Of a stretch of DNA of 64,000 nucleotides, positions 49,441 through 60,752 are shown piece after piece. Source of the DNA: Heterodontus francisci (lineage: Eukaryota); the NCBI RefSeq assembly GCF_036365525.1, contig NW_027142279.1, forward strand, positions 248,001 through 312,000. The letters run 5' to 3'. The number at the start of each line of letters is the position of its first letter. The first letter of the stretch is position 1. Made by a program: the position numbers and the translations under genes. The notes under the pieces are model-generated. The model saw only the letters and a list, made by a program, of their open reading frames with translations, did no database searches and was not told where the DNA came from.

Positions 49441-50630
49441 ATGAATCCCTGCCTCAAGAGCGATTCCTGATGCACCCTGTGTTTTGGGAGATCCTGAAAT
49501 CGCAAGAAAGAATCCATTGCTGGACTGATACTTCAAAACCCAAGTGCACGTGTTGCTGCACCCTTTTCTGAAAGACCTGTGTGACGCCTGCTGCAGACAA
49601 ATTGCTTTGAACGCCTATCCATCATAGACTGCTCAACAAACTCGCCTGGAGAGACTTCGAGTGGCATCTGGCTATTTGACTCTGGGACAGCTCACCATAC
49701 TGGAAGCATCCTATCAGAATGGAATAAACTCAATCACTTTATTTTCTCCCTTTTATTCTGAAGAAACAGCTGTAAATCTCCCCAGTTAACTTTTTGAATG
49801 TATGTGTGTGTGCATGAATGTTAGGAAGAATGAGAAGTTGGTGGCAAAAACAGAAAGGCAGATTATTATCTGAACGGTGATAGGTTGGGAAAGGGGAGGT
49901 GCAGTGAGACACGGGTGTCCTTTCACATGCAATTATCTCATTATTGTTTAAGACTTGGTATATTAATAAATAGTTGATTTGTATTCATTCAAGAAACCTG
50001 GTTTGGTGTGTTTTATTCTGGGGGACAAATAGCGTGTTTAATTTGGCTACTTTCTGGCTGGTGGGAAGTTTTAACAATATGTTGTGACCTGTGGAGTAGC
50101 AGGACTAAATTAACAGTGCATTACCACCGCCTTGGTCAAAACAAGACTAAATTAAAGGAAGTCCAAAGTAATGGAAGGGATTTTTGTGGCCTGAACAATA
50201 TGGAGAGAGAGGAGGTAAAAGTGCTGAATCTCCTCTGCTTGCATGGAATTCTGCATTCAGAAAGGGGAAGGCTGTTGACAGAGACTGAGATGTGAAGCAG
50301 GGAGTCTCGGAGGGAATGGGCCCTTTGGAATGCAGAAACGGGAGGGGGGATGTGTTTGGTGCCATCAAGTTGGAGGTTACTGAATTGGGGGAGGATGTTC
50401 CATTGATTAAGAAGGCTGGTGGGGTGAAAGGTGTGGATAAATGGGTCCCGATCGTGTTTGATCTTTTGACTGGACACTCGATATAGCCTTGCACCATCTG
50501 ATATTTTGTAATTTATTCTCACCTGCACTCGATCCTATCACAGACCTTTCCTTTGGTTCTTCTTCACATCCTTCCCACTTTCACCTGCTCAAAACCTATT
50601 ACATTTCAAACGTTTCCCAGTTCAGATGTA
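49440..50630. mobile_element. LTR-like fragment (~49440-50143) and Penelope-like fragment (~50145-50630)
   Basis: LTR-like end ...cttggtcaaaaca. Minus-strand PPPVSAFQRAHSLRDSLLH resembles the Penelope ORF linker. Confidence 0.5.
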
Positions 50631-50669
50631 ATATCACATATTAACATTAAACATCTTTCTGTCACTCAG

Positions 50670-50802
50670 TCACAGACTCCGCACTCACTGACCCGTGTGT
50701 ACATCACACAGTCCTGGACCAGCCCTGGAGGAGCATCGATTCTACTGAAACTCAGTGGAAGTGTGATGATGGTCTTCACTTCGGATGGTACAGATTTAAA
50801 AG
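50670..50802 (+). CDS. D10C cassette 2, exon a
   Basis: ctcag|...|gtaatg. VTDSALTDPCVHHTVLDQPWRSIDSTETQWKCDDGLHFGWYRFK. Confidence 0.9.
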
Positions 50803-50954
50803 GTAATGTAAAGGAACAAGTTCAGGATAAACTAGTCAATAAGAGAGGAGTGAGGAATTGTCCCCAGTTTCTGGTATTCTCTACCGGTACCAGTCTCTCG
50901 AACAGTTAATAATTACCGTCAGGTCAGTGGCTGACTCTGTGATTGTTGTTTCAG

Positions 50955-51031
50955 TTCTGGTGGATGGAAGATTCCAGAAACTAGCGTACCAGTGTATCAC
51001 TGCTCCACAGCAAGCCCAGGCTGGTTACAAG
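50955..51031 (+). CDS. D10C cassette 2, exon b
   Basis: tttcag|...|gtattg. SSGGWKIPETSVPVYHCSTASPGWLQ. Confidence 0.9.
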
Positions 51032-51125
51032 GTATTGTTAGGCTTTATAATATTAGATTTATATTCACTGTCCAGCACTGTTCACATCAGTTACATTCTT
51101 CAATATTTATAAACTCTCATTTCAG

Positions 51126-51287
51126 GTTCCCATCCCAGTGTGGGACAGGGGGTCGTAACGAGGACGGTTTGTTTTAACTGGGGTGGAAATCACTGCTACT
51201 GGACCCATGAGATTAGGATCAAAAACTGCAGCAGTTACTTCGTTTATGAGTTGAAGTCGTTATTTTACTGCATTGCTTATTGTACTG
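51126..51287 (+). CDS. D10C cassette 2, exon c
   Basis: tttcag|...|gtacgt. GSHPSVGQGVVTRTVCFNWGGNHCYWTHEIRIKNCSSYFVYELKSLFYCIAYCT. Confidence 0.92.
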
Positions 51288-51690
51288 GTACGTTGCTGCT
51301 TCTATGTCATCCAGAGGGCGATTCTGGGATGTCCCGTGTCACCCACAGAAATGAGACAGTTTACTTTCCCCTTTACTCATTGTAAGGGACACAGTGAATA
51401 AAGGATCTGAAACACAAAGTGTACTTCACTGAAACTCTAGGGAACTGAACCAAACTCTGCTGTCCCTGTCTAGCATGCACTCTGATCCCTGCAGTGTTCA
51501 TGGCTCACGTCAGGTCCCCACTGCAGTGCTGGGCACCTCACACTCCCTCTCCAGGAAGCAATGTTCACGAGGAGTAGGATTGGATCGTCGAGGGTTTGAT
51601 AAAGATGAAAATTTGGCACTGTCTGGACTCGAGTACTAAACACATGAGCTCTTCGGGTTTTCTCCACTCTGCCCTCTTCCTTTATTACAG

Positions 51691-51786
51691 ATCCAGAGAC
51701 TGTCGCAACTGAGGAACCCGAGGAACAATCAACTCGAGAATCCGCTAGAGGATCATCGTCTACCCCAGCGGTGTCTGGAACATCAG
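51691..51786 (+). CDS. Acidic Ser/Thr repeat exon 1 (96 nt, phase 1-1)
   Basis: tttattacag|...|gtatcc. DPETVATEEPEEQSTRESARGSSSTPAVSGTS. Confidence 0.85.
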
Positions 51787-52140
51787 GTATCCCCCTTGTG
51801 GGGTCCATTCGAAACAAAGTCTTCACACAATGTGACTCCATAACGGATCAGTCCTGGGAATCATCCATTCTCTTACTGAGGGAGTGGGATGCAGTGAATG
51901 AGGGGAGAGGGACGCCGTGACTGAGATGAGTGGGATGTCGTGACAGAGGCAATTAATACAGAGTGACTGAGGGAGGTGGGATGTATTGACGGAGGGGAGT
52001 GGGATGTTGAGACTGAGGGAGATGGAATGTAGAGACGGAGGGGAGAGTGGTGCAGTGACTGAGAGAAGTGGAATGTGGTGACTGAGGGGAGAGCGACATT
52101 GCGACTGAGGGATGTGGTATGTATTGACTGAGAGGCGAGA

Positions 52141-52487
52141 CATTTTATTTGTTATTTCGAGACGCAGCACTGAAACAGGCCCTTCGGCCCACCAAGTCTG
52201 TGCTGACCAACAACCCATTTTATACTAATCCTACATTAGCCCCATATTCCCTACCACATCCCCATCATTTTCCGACCACCTGCTTACACTCGGGGCAATT
52301 TACAATGGCCAATTTGCCTATCAACCTGCAAGTCTTAGGCTGTGGGAGGAAACTGCAGCACCCAGCGGAAACCCACGTGGTCCCGGGGTGAACTTGCAAA
52401 CTCCACACAGACAGTACCCAGAACTGAGCCCGGGTTGATGGACTTGTGAGTCTGCGGTGCTAACCACTGTGCCACAGTGCCGCCCCA
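52141..52487 (-). mobile_element. tRNA-derived SINE (HE1-like)
   Basis: Reverse of ggggcggcactgtggcacagtggttagcaccgca..., flanked by duplicated atgtattgactgag. Confidence 0.8.
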
Positions 52488-52831
52488 TGTATTGACTGAG
52501 GGATGTAGTGACTGAAGGGAGTGGGATGTAGTGACTGAGGGTAGTAGGATTCAGTGACTGAGCAGAGTGGGATTCAGTGACTGAGGGAAGTGGGCTACAG
52601 TGAGTGATGGGAGTGTGATACAGTGACTGAGGGGAGTGTGATGCAGTGACTGAGGGGACTGTGATACAGTGAATGAGGGGAGTGTGATACAGTGATATCG
52701 CGAACAGGATGGAAGATTATGGTTTTATAAAGACTGCTATCTGACATTCTCCTGACACAAGTACCATCCAGTTAACCTGTTGTGAGTTTCACCATGTCTC
52801 ACTCTTCAATGTCTCCCTCCCTTTATTACAG

Positions 52832-52927
52832 AATCCGTGATGTCCAAAACTCAGGAATCCGAGGAACAATCGACTGCAGAATCCACTGAGGGTCCATCCT
52901 CTATCCCAGCGGGCTCTGGAAGCTCAG
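52832..52927 (+). CDS. Acidic Ser/Thr repeat exon 2
   Basis: ttattacag|...|gtatct. ESVMSKTQESEEQSTAESTEGPSSIPAGSGSS. Confidence 0.85.
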
Positions 52928-52954
52928 GTATCTGCCTTGTGGGGTTATCATCGC

Positions 52955-54690
52955 AGAATCATGGAATCTTAGACTGGTTACAGCACAGAAAGAAGCCAAT
53001 CAGCCACTCGTCACCGTGCCAGCTCTCTGCCAGAGCAACTCCTGCCATTTCCCCGTCGCCCTGCAGATTGTTTCTCCTCTGATAATTATCCAATTCCCTT
53101 TTGAAAGCCTCAATTGAACCTGCCTCAAGCACACTCTCAGGCAGTGCATTCCAGACCCTAACCACTCGCTGTGTGGAAAGGTTTTCCTGTCTCCGTTGCT
53201 ACTTTTACCACTCACCTAAAACCGGTGTCCTCTGGTTCTGGATCCTCCCACCAATGGGAACAGTTTCTCCCTGTCTACTCTGTCCACATCCCTCGTGATT
53301 TTGAACACCTTGATCAAATCTCCTCTTAATCTTCGCTTCTCCAGGGAGAACAGCCCCAGCTTCTCTGATCAATCCATGTAACTGACGTCCCTCATCCCGG
53401 GAACCATTCTCGTAAATCATTTCCGCACCCTCTCGAATAGCTTAACATCCTTCTGAACGTATGAACCGCTCTCTCGACCTGTCTTGCAGCCTTCAATGAT
53501 TTGTGCACATGTACCCCCAAGGCCCTCTGCCCCTGCACTTCCTTTGGAATTGTATCCTTCATTTTATATTGCCTCTGGTTCGGCCGACCAAGATGAATCA
53601 CCTCTCAATTTTCTGCGTTAAATTTCATCTGCCACTGTCTGCCCATCCCCCCAGCCTGTCTATGACCTCCTGACGTCCATCACTATCCTCCTCACAGTTC
53701 ACAATACTTCCATGCTTTGTGTCTTCTACAGATTTTGAAATTGTGGCCTGTCCGCCCCAGTCTATGTCATTAATATACATCAAGAGAAACAGGTGTCCGC
53801 ATAATATTAGAGAACAAAATACAGATGCACAGAGAATTAGGAGGGACAGATAACACTGGAAAAGAAAAGACCAACATATTGGGCGGGGATGTAAGACAGT
53901 GTAAGAGGGATGGTGATAAGCTGCAAATTCAGATTAGTGTGTGTGTACATGAATGTGCAGAGAGTGGTAAATAAGGTTGGTGAGCTGCAGACGCAGATAG
54001 CCATGTGGAAATATGTTGTTGTGGCAATAACAGAGTCCTGGCTCTAAGAGGGGCAGGACTGGGTAGTGAATATTCCTGACTACAAGCTGTTCAGGAAAGA
54101 AAGGGAAGGAAGGAATGGAGGAGGGGTATCAGTATTGATTAAGGGGAACATTACAATGCTGGAAAGAGATGATGTCGGAGACGAACCAAGGATAGAATCC
54201 ATCAGATTAGAGTGAAACAACGAAAGAAATACCATGACATTGCTGGGTATATTCTATAGGCCAACAACTAGTGGGAAAGATATAGAGGAACAGATTTACA
54301 TAGAGCAACCAAGAGGTGCAAGAGTTAAAGTGTAGATATATCTTTGGGCTTTAATTATCTGAATATAGACTGGGATAGTAATAGTGTAAAGGACAGAGAG
54401 GGACAAGAGTTTCTAGAGTGTGTCCAGGACAATTCCCGACGTCAGTTTGTTTCCAGTCCAACGAGGAAGGAGGCATTGCTGGATCTGGTTCTGGGAAATG
54501 AGGTTGGACAAGTGAATTAAGGGTCAGTCGGGAACATTTAGGGGGCAGTGACCATCATATCATGTGGTTTAGGTTGACAATGGAAAAGGACAAAGAGAAA
54601 TCCGGATGAAAGATAATTCATTGAGGGAGAACCAATCTCAATAGAATGAGAACAGATCTGGCTCAAATAAACTGGGATCATATTATAGAC
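52955..54690. mobile_element. CR1 fragments (3' part on -, endonuclease part on +), duplicated at ~56335-58075
   Basis: ORFs 52959 and 53392 (-), and EN-like gcaataacagagtcctggct (+). The same composite recurs in the next repeat unit. Confidence 0.8.
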
Positions 54691-56209
54691 GCACACACTG
54701 TGACGCCTGAAGTGCTCAGTCTCAGAGACCCATCCAGTCTCTTACTGGAGTGTGGGGCAATGATAGAGGGCAGTGGGATATAGTGACTGAGGGCAGTGGG
54801 ATGTATTGACTGAGGGGAGTGTGATGTATTTACTGAGGGGAGTGGGATTCAGTGACTGAGGGGAGAGTGATGTAGTGACTGAGGGCAGTGGGACATAGTG
54901 ACTGAGGGGAGTGGGATGTATTGACTGAGGGGAGTGGGATTCAGTGACTGAGGGGAGAGTGATGTAGTGACTGAGGGCATTGGGACATAGTGACTGAGGG
55001 GAGTGGGATGTAGTGACTGAGGGGAGACGGATGTAGTGACTGAGGGGAGAGGGATGCAGTTACCGAGGGGAGTGGGATATAGTGACTGAGGGCAGTGGAA
55101 CATAGCGACTGAAGGCAGTGGGATATAGTGACTGAAGGGAGATGGATGCAGTGACTGAGGGCAGTGGGATGTAGTGACTGAGGGGGGTGGGACGTAGTAA
55201 CTGAGGGAAGTGCGATTTAGTGACTCAGGGGAGTACAATTTAGTGACTGAAGGGAGTGGGATGTATTGACTGAGTGGAGTGGGATGTGGTAACTGAGGGG
55301 AGTGGGATGCAGGGACTGAGGGGAGTGTGATACAGTGACTGAGGGAAGTGTGATACAGTGACTGAGGGGAGTGTGATACAGAGACTGAGGAGAATGTGAT
55401 ACAGAGACTGAGGAGAATGTGATACAGTGACTGAGGGGAGTGTGATACAGAGACTGAGGAGAATGTGATACAGTGACTGTGGGGAGTGGAATACAGTGAC
55501 TGAGGGCAGAGGGACATAGTGACTGAAGGGAGTGGGTTGCAGTGACTGAGGCCAGTGGGATGTAGTCACTGAGGTGGGTGGGACGGAGTGACTGAGGGCA
55601 GTGGGATTTATTGACTTAGGGGAGTGGGATTTAGTGACTGAGGAGAGTGGGCAGTAGTGACTGAGGGGAGAGGGATGTAGTGACTGAGGGAGACGGACAT
55701 AGTGACTGAGGGGAGTGGGTTGTAATGACTGAGGGGAGTGGCATCCAGTGACTGAGAGGAGAGGGATGCAGTGACCGAGGGGAGTGGGATGTTGTCACTG
55801 AGGGGAGTGAGACGTAGTGAATGAGGGCAGTGGGATATAGTGACTGAGGGGAGAGGGATGTAGTGACTGAAGGGAGTGGGATGTATTGACTGAGCGGAGT
55901 GGGATACAGTGACTGAGGAGAGTGGGATACAGTGACTGAGGAGAGTGGGATAGAGTGAAGGAAGGGAGTGTGAAACAGAGACTGAGGGGAGTGTGATACA
56001 GTGACTGAAGGGAGTGTGACACAGTGACTGAGGGGAATGTGATACAGTGACTGAAGGGAGTGTGATACAGTAATGTGGTGAACAGGATGGACGATTTTGG
56101 TTTTATAAAGACTGGTATCTGACATTCTCCTGACACTAGTACCATCCTGCTGACCTGTTGTGTTTTTCTCCATGTCTCACTCTGCAATGTCTGCCTCCCT
56201 TTATTACAG

Positions 56210-56305
56210 AACCCGTGACTTCCCAATCTCAGGAATACGAGGAACAATCGACTGCAGAATCCACTGAGGGTCCATCCTCTATCCCAGCGGGCTCTGGAAG
56301 CTCAG
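56210..56305 (+). CDS. Acidic Ser/Thr repeat exon 3
   Basis: ttattacag|...|gtacct. EPVTSQSQEYEEQSTAESTEGPSSIPAGSGSS. Confidence 0.85.
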
Positions 56306-58818
56306 GTACCTGCCTTGTGGGGTGATCATCGCAGGATCATGGAATCATAAACTGGTTACAGCACAGAAAGAGGCCGTTCTGCCCATCGTCACTGTGCCAG
56401 CTCTCTGCCTGAGCAACTCACCTACTCCCACTCCTGCCATTTCCCCATCTCCCTGCAGATTGTTTCTCCGATGATAATTATCCAATTCCCTTTTGAAAGC
56501 CTCAATTAAACCTGCCTCCAGCACACTCTCAGACAGTGCATTCCAGATCCTAACCACTCGCTGTGTGAAAAGGTTTTCCTGTCTCTGTTGCTACTTCTGC
56601 CACTCACTTAAAGCTGGTGTCCTCTGGTTCTGGATCCTCACACCAATGGGAACAATTCCTCCCTGTCTACTCTGTCCAGATCCCTCGTGATTTTGAACAC
56701 CTCGATCAAATCTCCTCTTAATCTTCTCTTCTCCAGGAACAAGAGCCCCAGATTCTCCATTTATCCATGTAACTGACGTCCCTCATCCTGGGAACCATTC
56801 TCGTAAATCATTTCCGCACCCTCTCGAATACCTTCACATCCTTCCGAATGTATTAACCGCTCTCTGGACCTGTCTTGCCACCTTCAATGATTTGTGCACA
56901 CGTACGCCCAGGTCCCTCTGCCCCTGCACCCCCTTTACAATTGTATCCTTTATTTTCTATTGCCTCTCCTCGTTCGTCCGACCAAAATGAATCACTTTAC
57001 AATTCTCTGCGTTAAGTTTCATCTGCCACTGTCTGCCAATCCCACCAGCCTGTCTATAACCTCCTGACGTCTATCACTATCCTCCTCACAGTTGACAATA
57101 CTTCCAGGTTTTGTGTCATCTGCAAATTATGAAATTGTGGCATGTACGCCCCAGTCTATGTCATTAATATACATCAGGGAAAACAGGGGTCCGAGCAATA
57201 TTACAGAGCAAAACACAGATGCACAGAGAATTAGGAGGGACAGATAACACTGGAGTAGAAAAGAGTAACGTATTAGCCAGGGACAGTGTAAGAGGGAAGG
57301 TGATGAGCTGTAAATTCAGTTCAATGTGTGTGTATATGAGAATGCAATGAGAGTGGTAAAAAAGGTTGTTGAGCTGCAGGCGCAGATAGCCATGTGGAAA
57401 TATGATGTTGTGGCAATAACAGAGTCCTGGCTCTAAGAGGGGCAGGACCTGGTAGTGAATATTCCTGACTACAATGTGCTCAGGAAAGGGAGGGATGGAA
57501 GGAAAGGAGGAGGGGTATCAGTATTGATAAAGAGGAACATTACAGTGCTGGAAAGAGATGATGTCGGAGAGGAACCAAGGATAGAATCCATCAGATTAGA
57601 ATGAAACAAGGAAAGAAATACCATTACCTTTCTGGGTGTATTCTATAGGCCAACAAGTAGTGGGAAAGATATAGAGGAACAGATTTGCATGGAGCAACCA
57701 AGAAGTGCAAGAGTTAAAGTGTAGATATATCGTTGGGCTTTAGTTATCTGAATATAGACTGGGATAGTAATAGTGTAAAGGGCAGAGAGGGACAAGAATT
57801 TCTAGAGTGTGTCCAGAAGGATTCCCTCCGTCAGTTTGTTTCCAGTCCAACGAGGAAGGAGGCATTGCTGGATCTGGTTCTGGGAAATGTGGTTGGATAA
57901 GTGAATTATGGGTCAGTCGGGGAACATTTAGGGGACAGTGACCATCATATCATGTGGTTTAGGTTGGCAATGGAAAAGGACAATGAGAAATCCGGAGGAA
58001 AGATAATTCATTGAGGGAGAACCAATCTCAGTAGAGTGAGAACAGATCTGACCCAAATAAACTGGAATCATATTATAGACACACATAGTGTGATACCTGA
58101 CGTGCTCAGTCTCAGTGACCCATCCAGTCTCTTACTGATGGAGTGTGGGGAAATGACAGAGGGCAGTGGGATATAATGACCGAGGGGAGTGGGATGTACT
58201 GTCTGAGGGGTGAGGGATGTAATGACTGAGGGGAGAGGGATATAGTGACTGTGGGCAGTGGGATATAGTGAGTGAGGGGAGAGGGATGCAGTGACTGAGG
58301 GGAATGGGACATCGTGACTGAGGGGAGTTGGATATAGTGACTGTGGGCAGTGGGACATAGTGATTGAGGGTACTGTGATAAAGTGACTGAGGGGAGTATG
58401 ATACAGTCACTGAGGGGAGTGGGATGCAGCGACTGAGGGTTGTGTGATAGTGTGACTGTGGGGAGTGGGATACAGTGACTGAGAGGAGTGTGATACAGTG
58501 ACTGAGAGTGTGATGCAGTGACTGAGGGGCGTGTGATGCAGTGACTGAGGGGAGTGTAATACAGCGACTGAGGAGAGTCTGAGACAGCGACTGAGGGGAG
58601 TGAGATACAGCGACTGGCGTGTGCGTGATACAGTGACTGAGGTGAGTGTGATACAGTGACTGAGGGGAGTGTGACGCAGCAATATATTGAACAGGATGGA
58701 AGATAATGGTTTTATATAGATTGTTATCTGTCATTCTCCTGACACGAGCACCATCCTGTTGACCTGTTGTGTTTTTCTCCATGTCTCACTTGGCAATGTC
58801 TCCCTCCCTTTATTACAG

Positions 58819-58914
58819 AACCCGTGACTTCCCAAACTCAGGAATCCGAGGAACAATCGACTCGAGAATCTACTGAGGTTTCATCCTCCACCCCAGCGGG
58901 CTCTGGAAGCTCAG
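58819..58914 (+). CDS. Acidic Ser/Thr repeat exon 4
   Basis: ttattacag|...|gtacct. EPVTSQTQESEEQSTRESTEVSSSTPAGSGSS. Confidence 0.85.
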
Positions 58915-60656
58915 GTACCTGTCTTGTGGGGTCATCATCGCAGAATCATGGAATCAGAGACTGGTTACAGCACAGAAAGAGCCCGTTGAGCCCATCGTCA
59001 CTGTGACAGCTCCATGCCTGTGCAACTCACCTACTCCCACTCCTGCTATTTCCCCGTCGCACTGCAGATTGTTTCGCCAATGACAATTTTCCAATTCCCT
59101 TTTGAAAGCCTCAATTGAACCTACCTCCAGCACACTCTCAGGCAGTGCATTTCAGATCCTAACCACACGCTGTGTGAAAAGGTTTTACTGTCTCTGTTGT
59201 AATTTTTACCACTCACCTAAAACCGGTGCCCTCTAGTTCTGGATCCTCCCACCAATGGGACATAGGGGTGTGGGGCATAGTTACTGGGGGAGAGGGATGT
59301 AGTGACTGAGGGGAGAAGGTTGCACTGACCGAGGTGAGTGGGATATAGTGACTGAGGGCAGTGGGACATTGTGACTGAGGGCAGTGGGATATAGTGAGTG
59401 AGGGGAGAGGGATGTAGTGACTGAGGGGAGAAGGTTGCACTGACCGAGGTGAGTGGGATATAGTGACTGAGGGCAGTGGGACATTGTGACTGAGGGCAGT
59501 GGGATATAGTGAGTGAGGGGAGAGGGATGTAGTGACTGAGGGGAGTGGGACATAGTGACTTAGGGTAGTGGGATATAGTGAGTGAGGGGAGTGGGACATA
59601 GTGACTGAGGGGAGTGGGACATAGTGACTGAGGGGAGTGGGATGTAGTTACTGAGGGCAGCTGGACATAGTGATTGAGGGCAGTGGGATGTCGTGACTGA
59701 GGGGAGTGAGACATAGTGAATGAGGGGAGTGGGATATAGTGAGTGAGGGGAGAGGGATATAGTGAGTGAGGGGAGAGTGATATAGTGACTGAGGGGAGTG
59801 GGACATAATGACTGAGGGGAGTGGGATGTAGTTACTGAGGGCAGTAGGACATAGTGATTGAGGGCAGTGGGAAATAGTCATCGAGGTGTGCGGAACATAG
59901 TGACTGAGGGCAGTGGGACATAATGAATGAGGACAGTGGGACATATTGTCTGAGGGCAGAGGGATATAGTCATTGTGGGGAGTGGGATATAGTCATTGGG
60001 GGCAGTGGGACATAGTGACTGAGGGCAGTGGAACATAGTGACTTAGGTCAGTGGGATATAGTCATTGAGGGGAGTGGGACATAGTCATTGAGGGCAGTGG
60101 GACATAGTCACTGAGGTGAGTGTGATATAGTGACTGATGGGATAGGTATGCAGTGATTGAGGGCAGTGGGATATAGTGACTGAGGGCAGTGGTATGTATT
60201 CACTGCACGGAGTGGGATGTGGTAGCTGCGGAGAGTGGGATGCAGTGACTGAGGTGAGTGGGATACAGTGACTGAGGGGAGTGGGATACAGCGACTGAGG
60301 GTAGTATGATACAGTGACTGAGGGGAGTGTGATACAGTGTCTGAGGGGAGTATGATACAGTCACTGGGGGAGTGTGATGCAGAGACTGAGGGTAGTGTGA
60401 TCCAGTGACAGAGGGAGTGTGAAACAGTGACAGAGGGGAGTGTGATGCAGTGACTGAGGGGAGTGTGATGGAGACTGAGGGGAGCGTGACGCCGTGACTG
60501 AGGGGAGTGTGACATAGTAATGTAGTGAACAGGATGGAAGATAATGGTTTTATAAAGATTGTTATCTGTCATTCTCCTCACACGAGCACCATCCTGTTGA
60601 CCTGATGTGTTTTTCTCCATGTCTCACTTTGCAATGTCTCCCTCCATTTATAACAG

Positions 60657-60752
60657 AACCCGTGACTTCCAAAACTCAGGAATCCGAGGAACAATCGACC
60701 AGAGAATCTACTGAGGTTTCATCCTCCACCCCAGCGGGCTCTGGAAGCTCAG
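60657..60752 (+). CDS. Acidic Ser/Thr repeat exon 5
   Basis: ttataacag|...|gtacct. EPVTSKTQESEEQSTRESTEVSSSTPAGSGSS. Confidence 0.8.
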
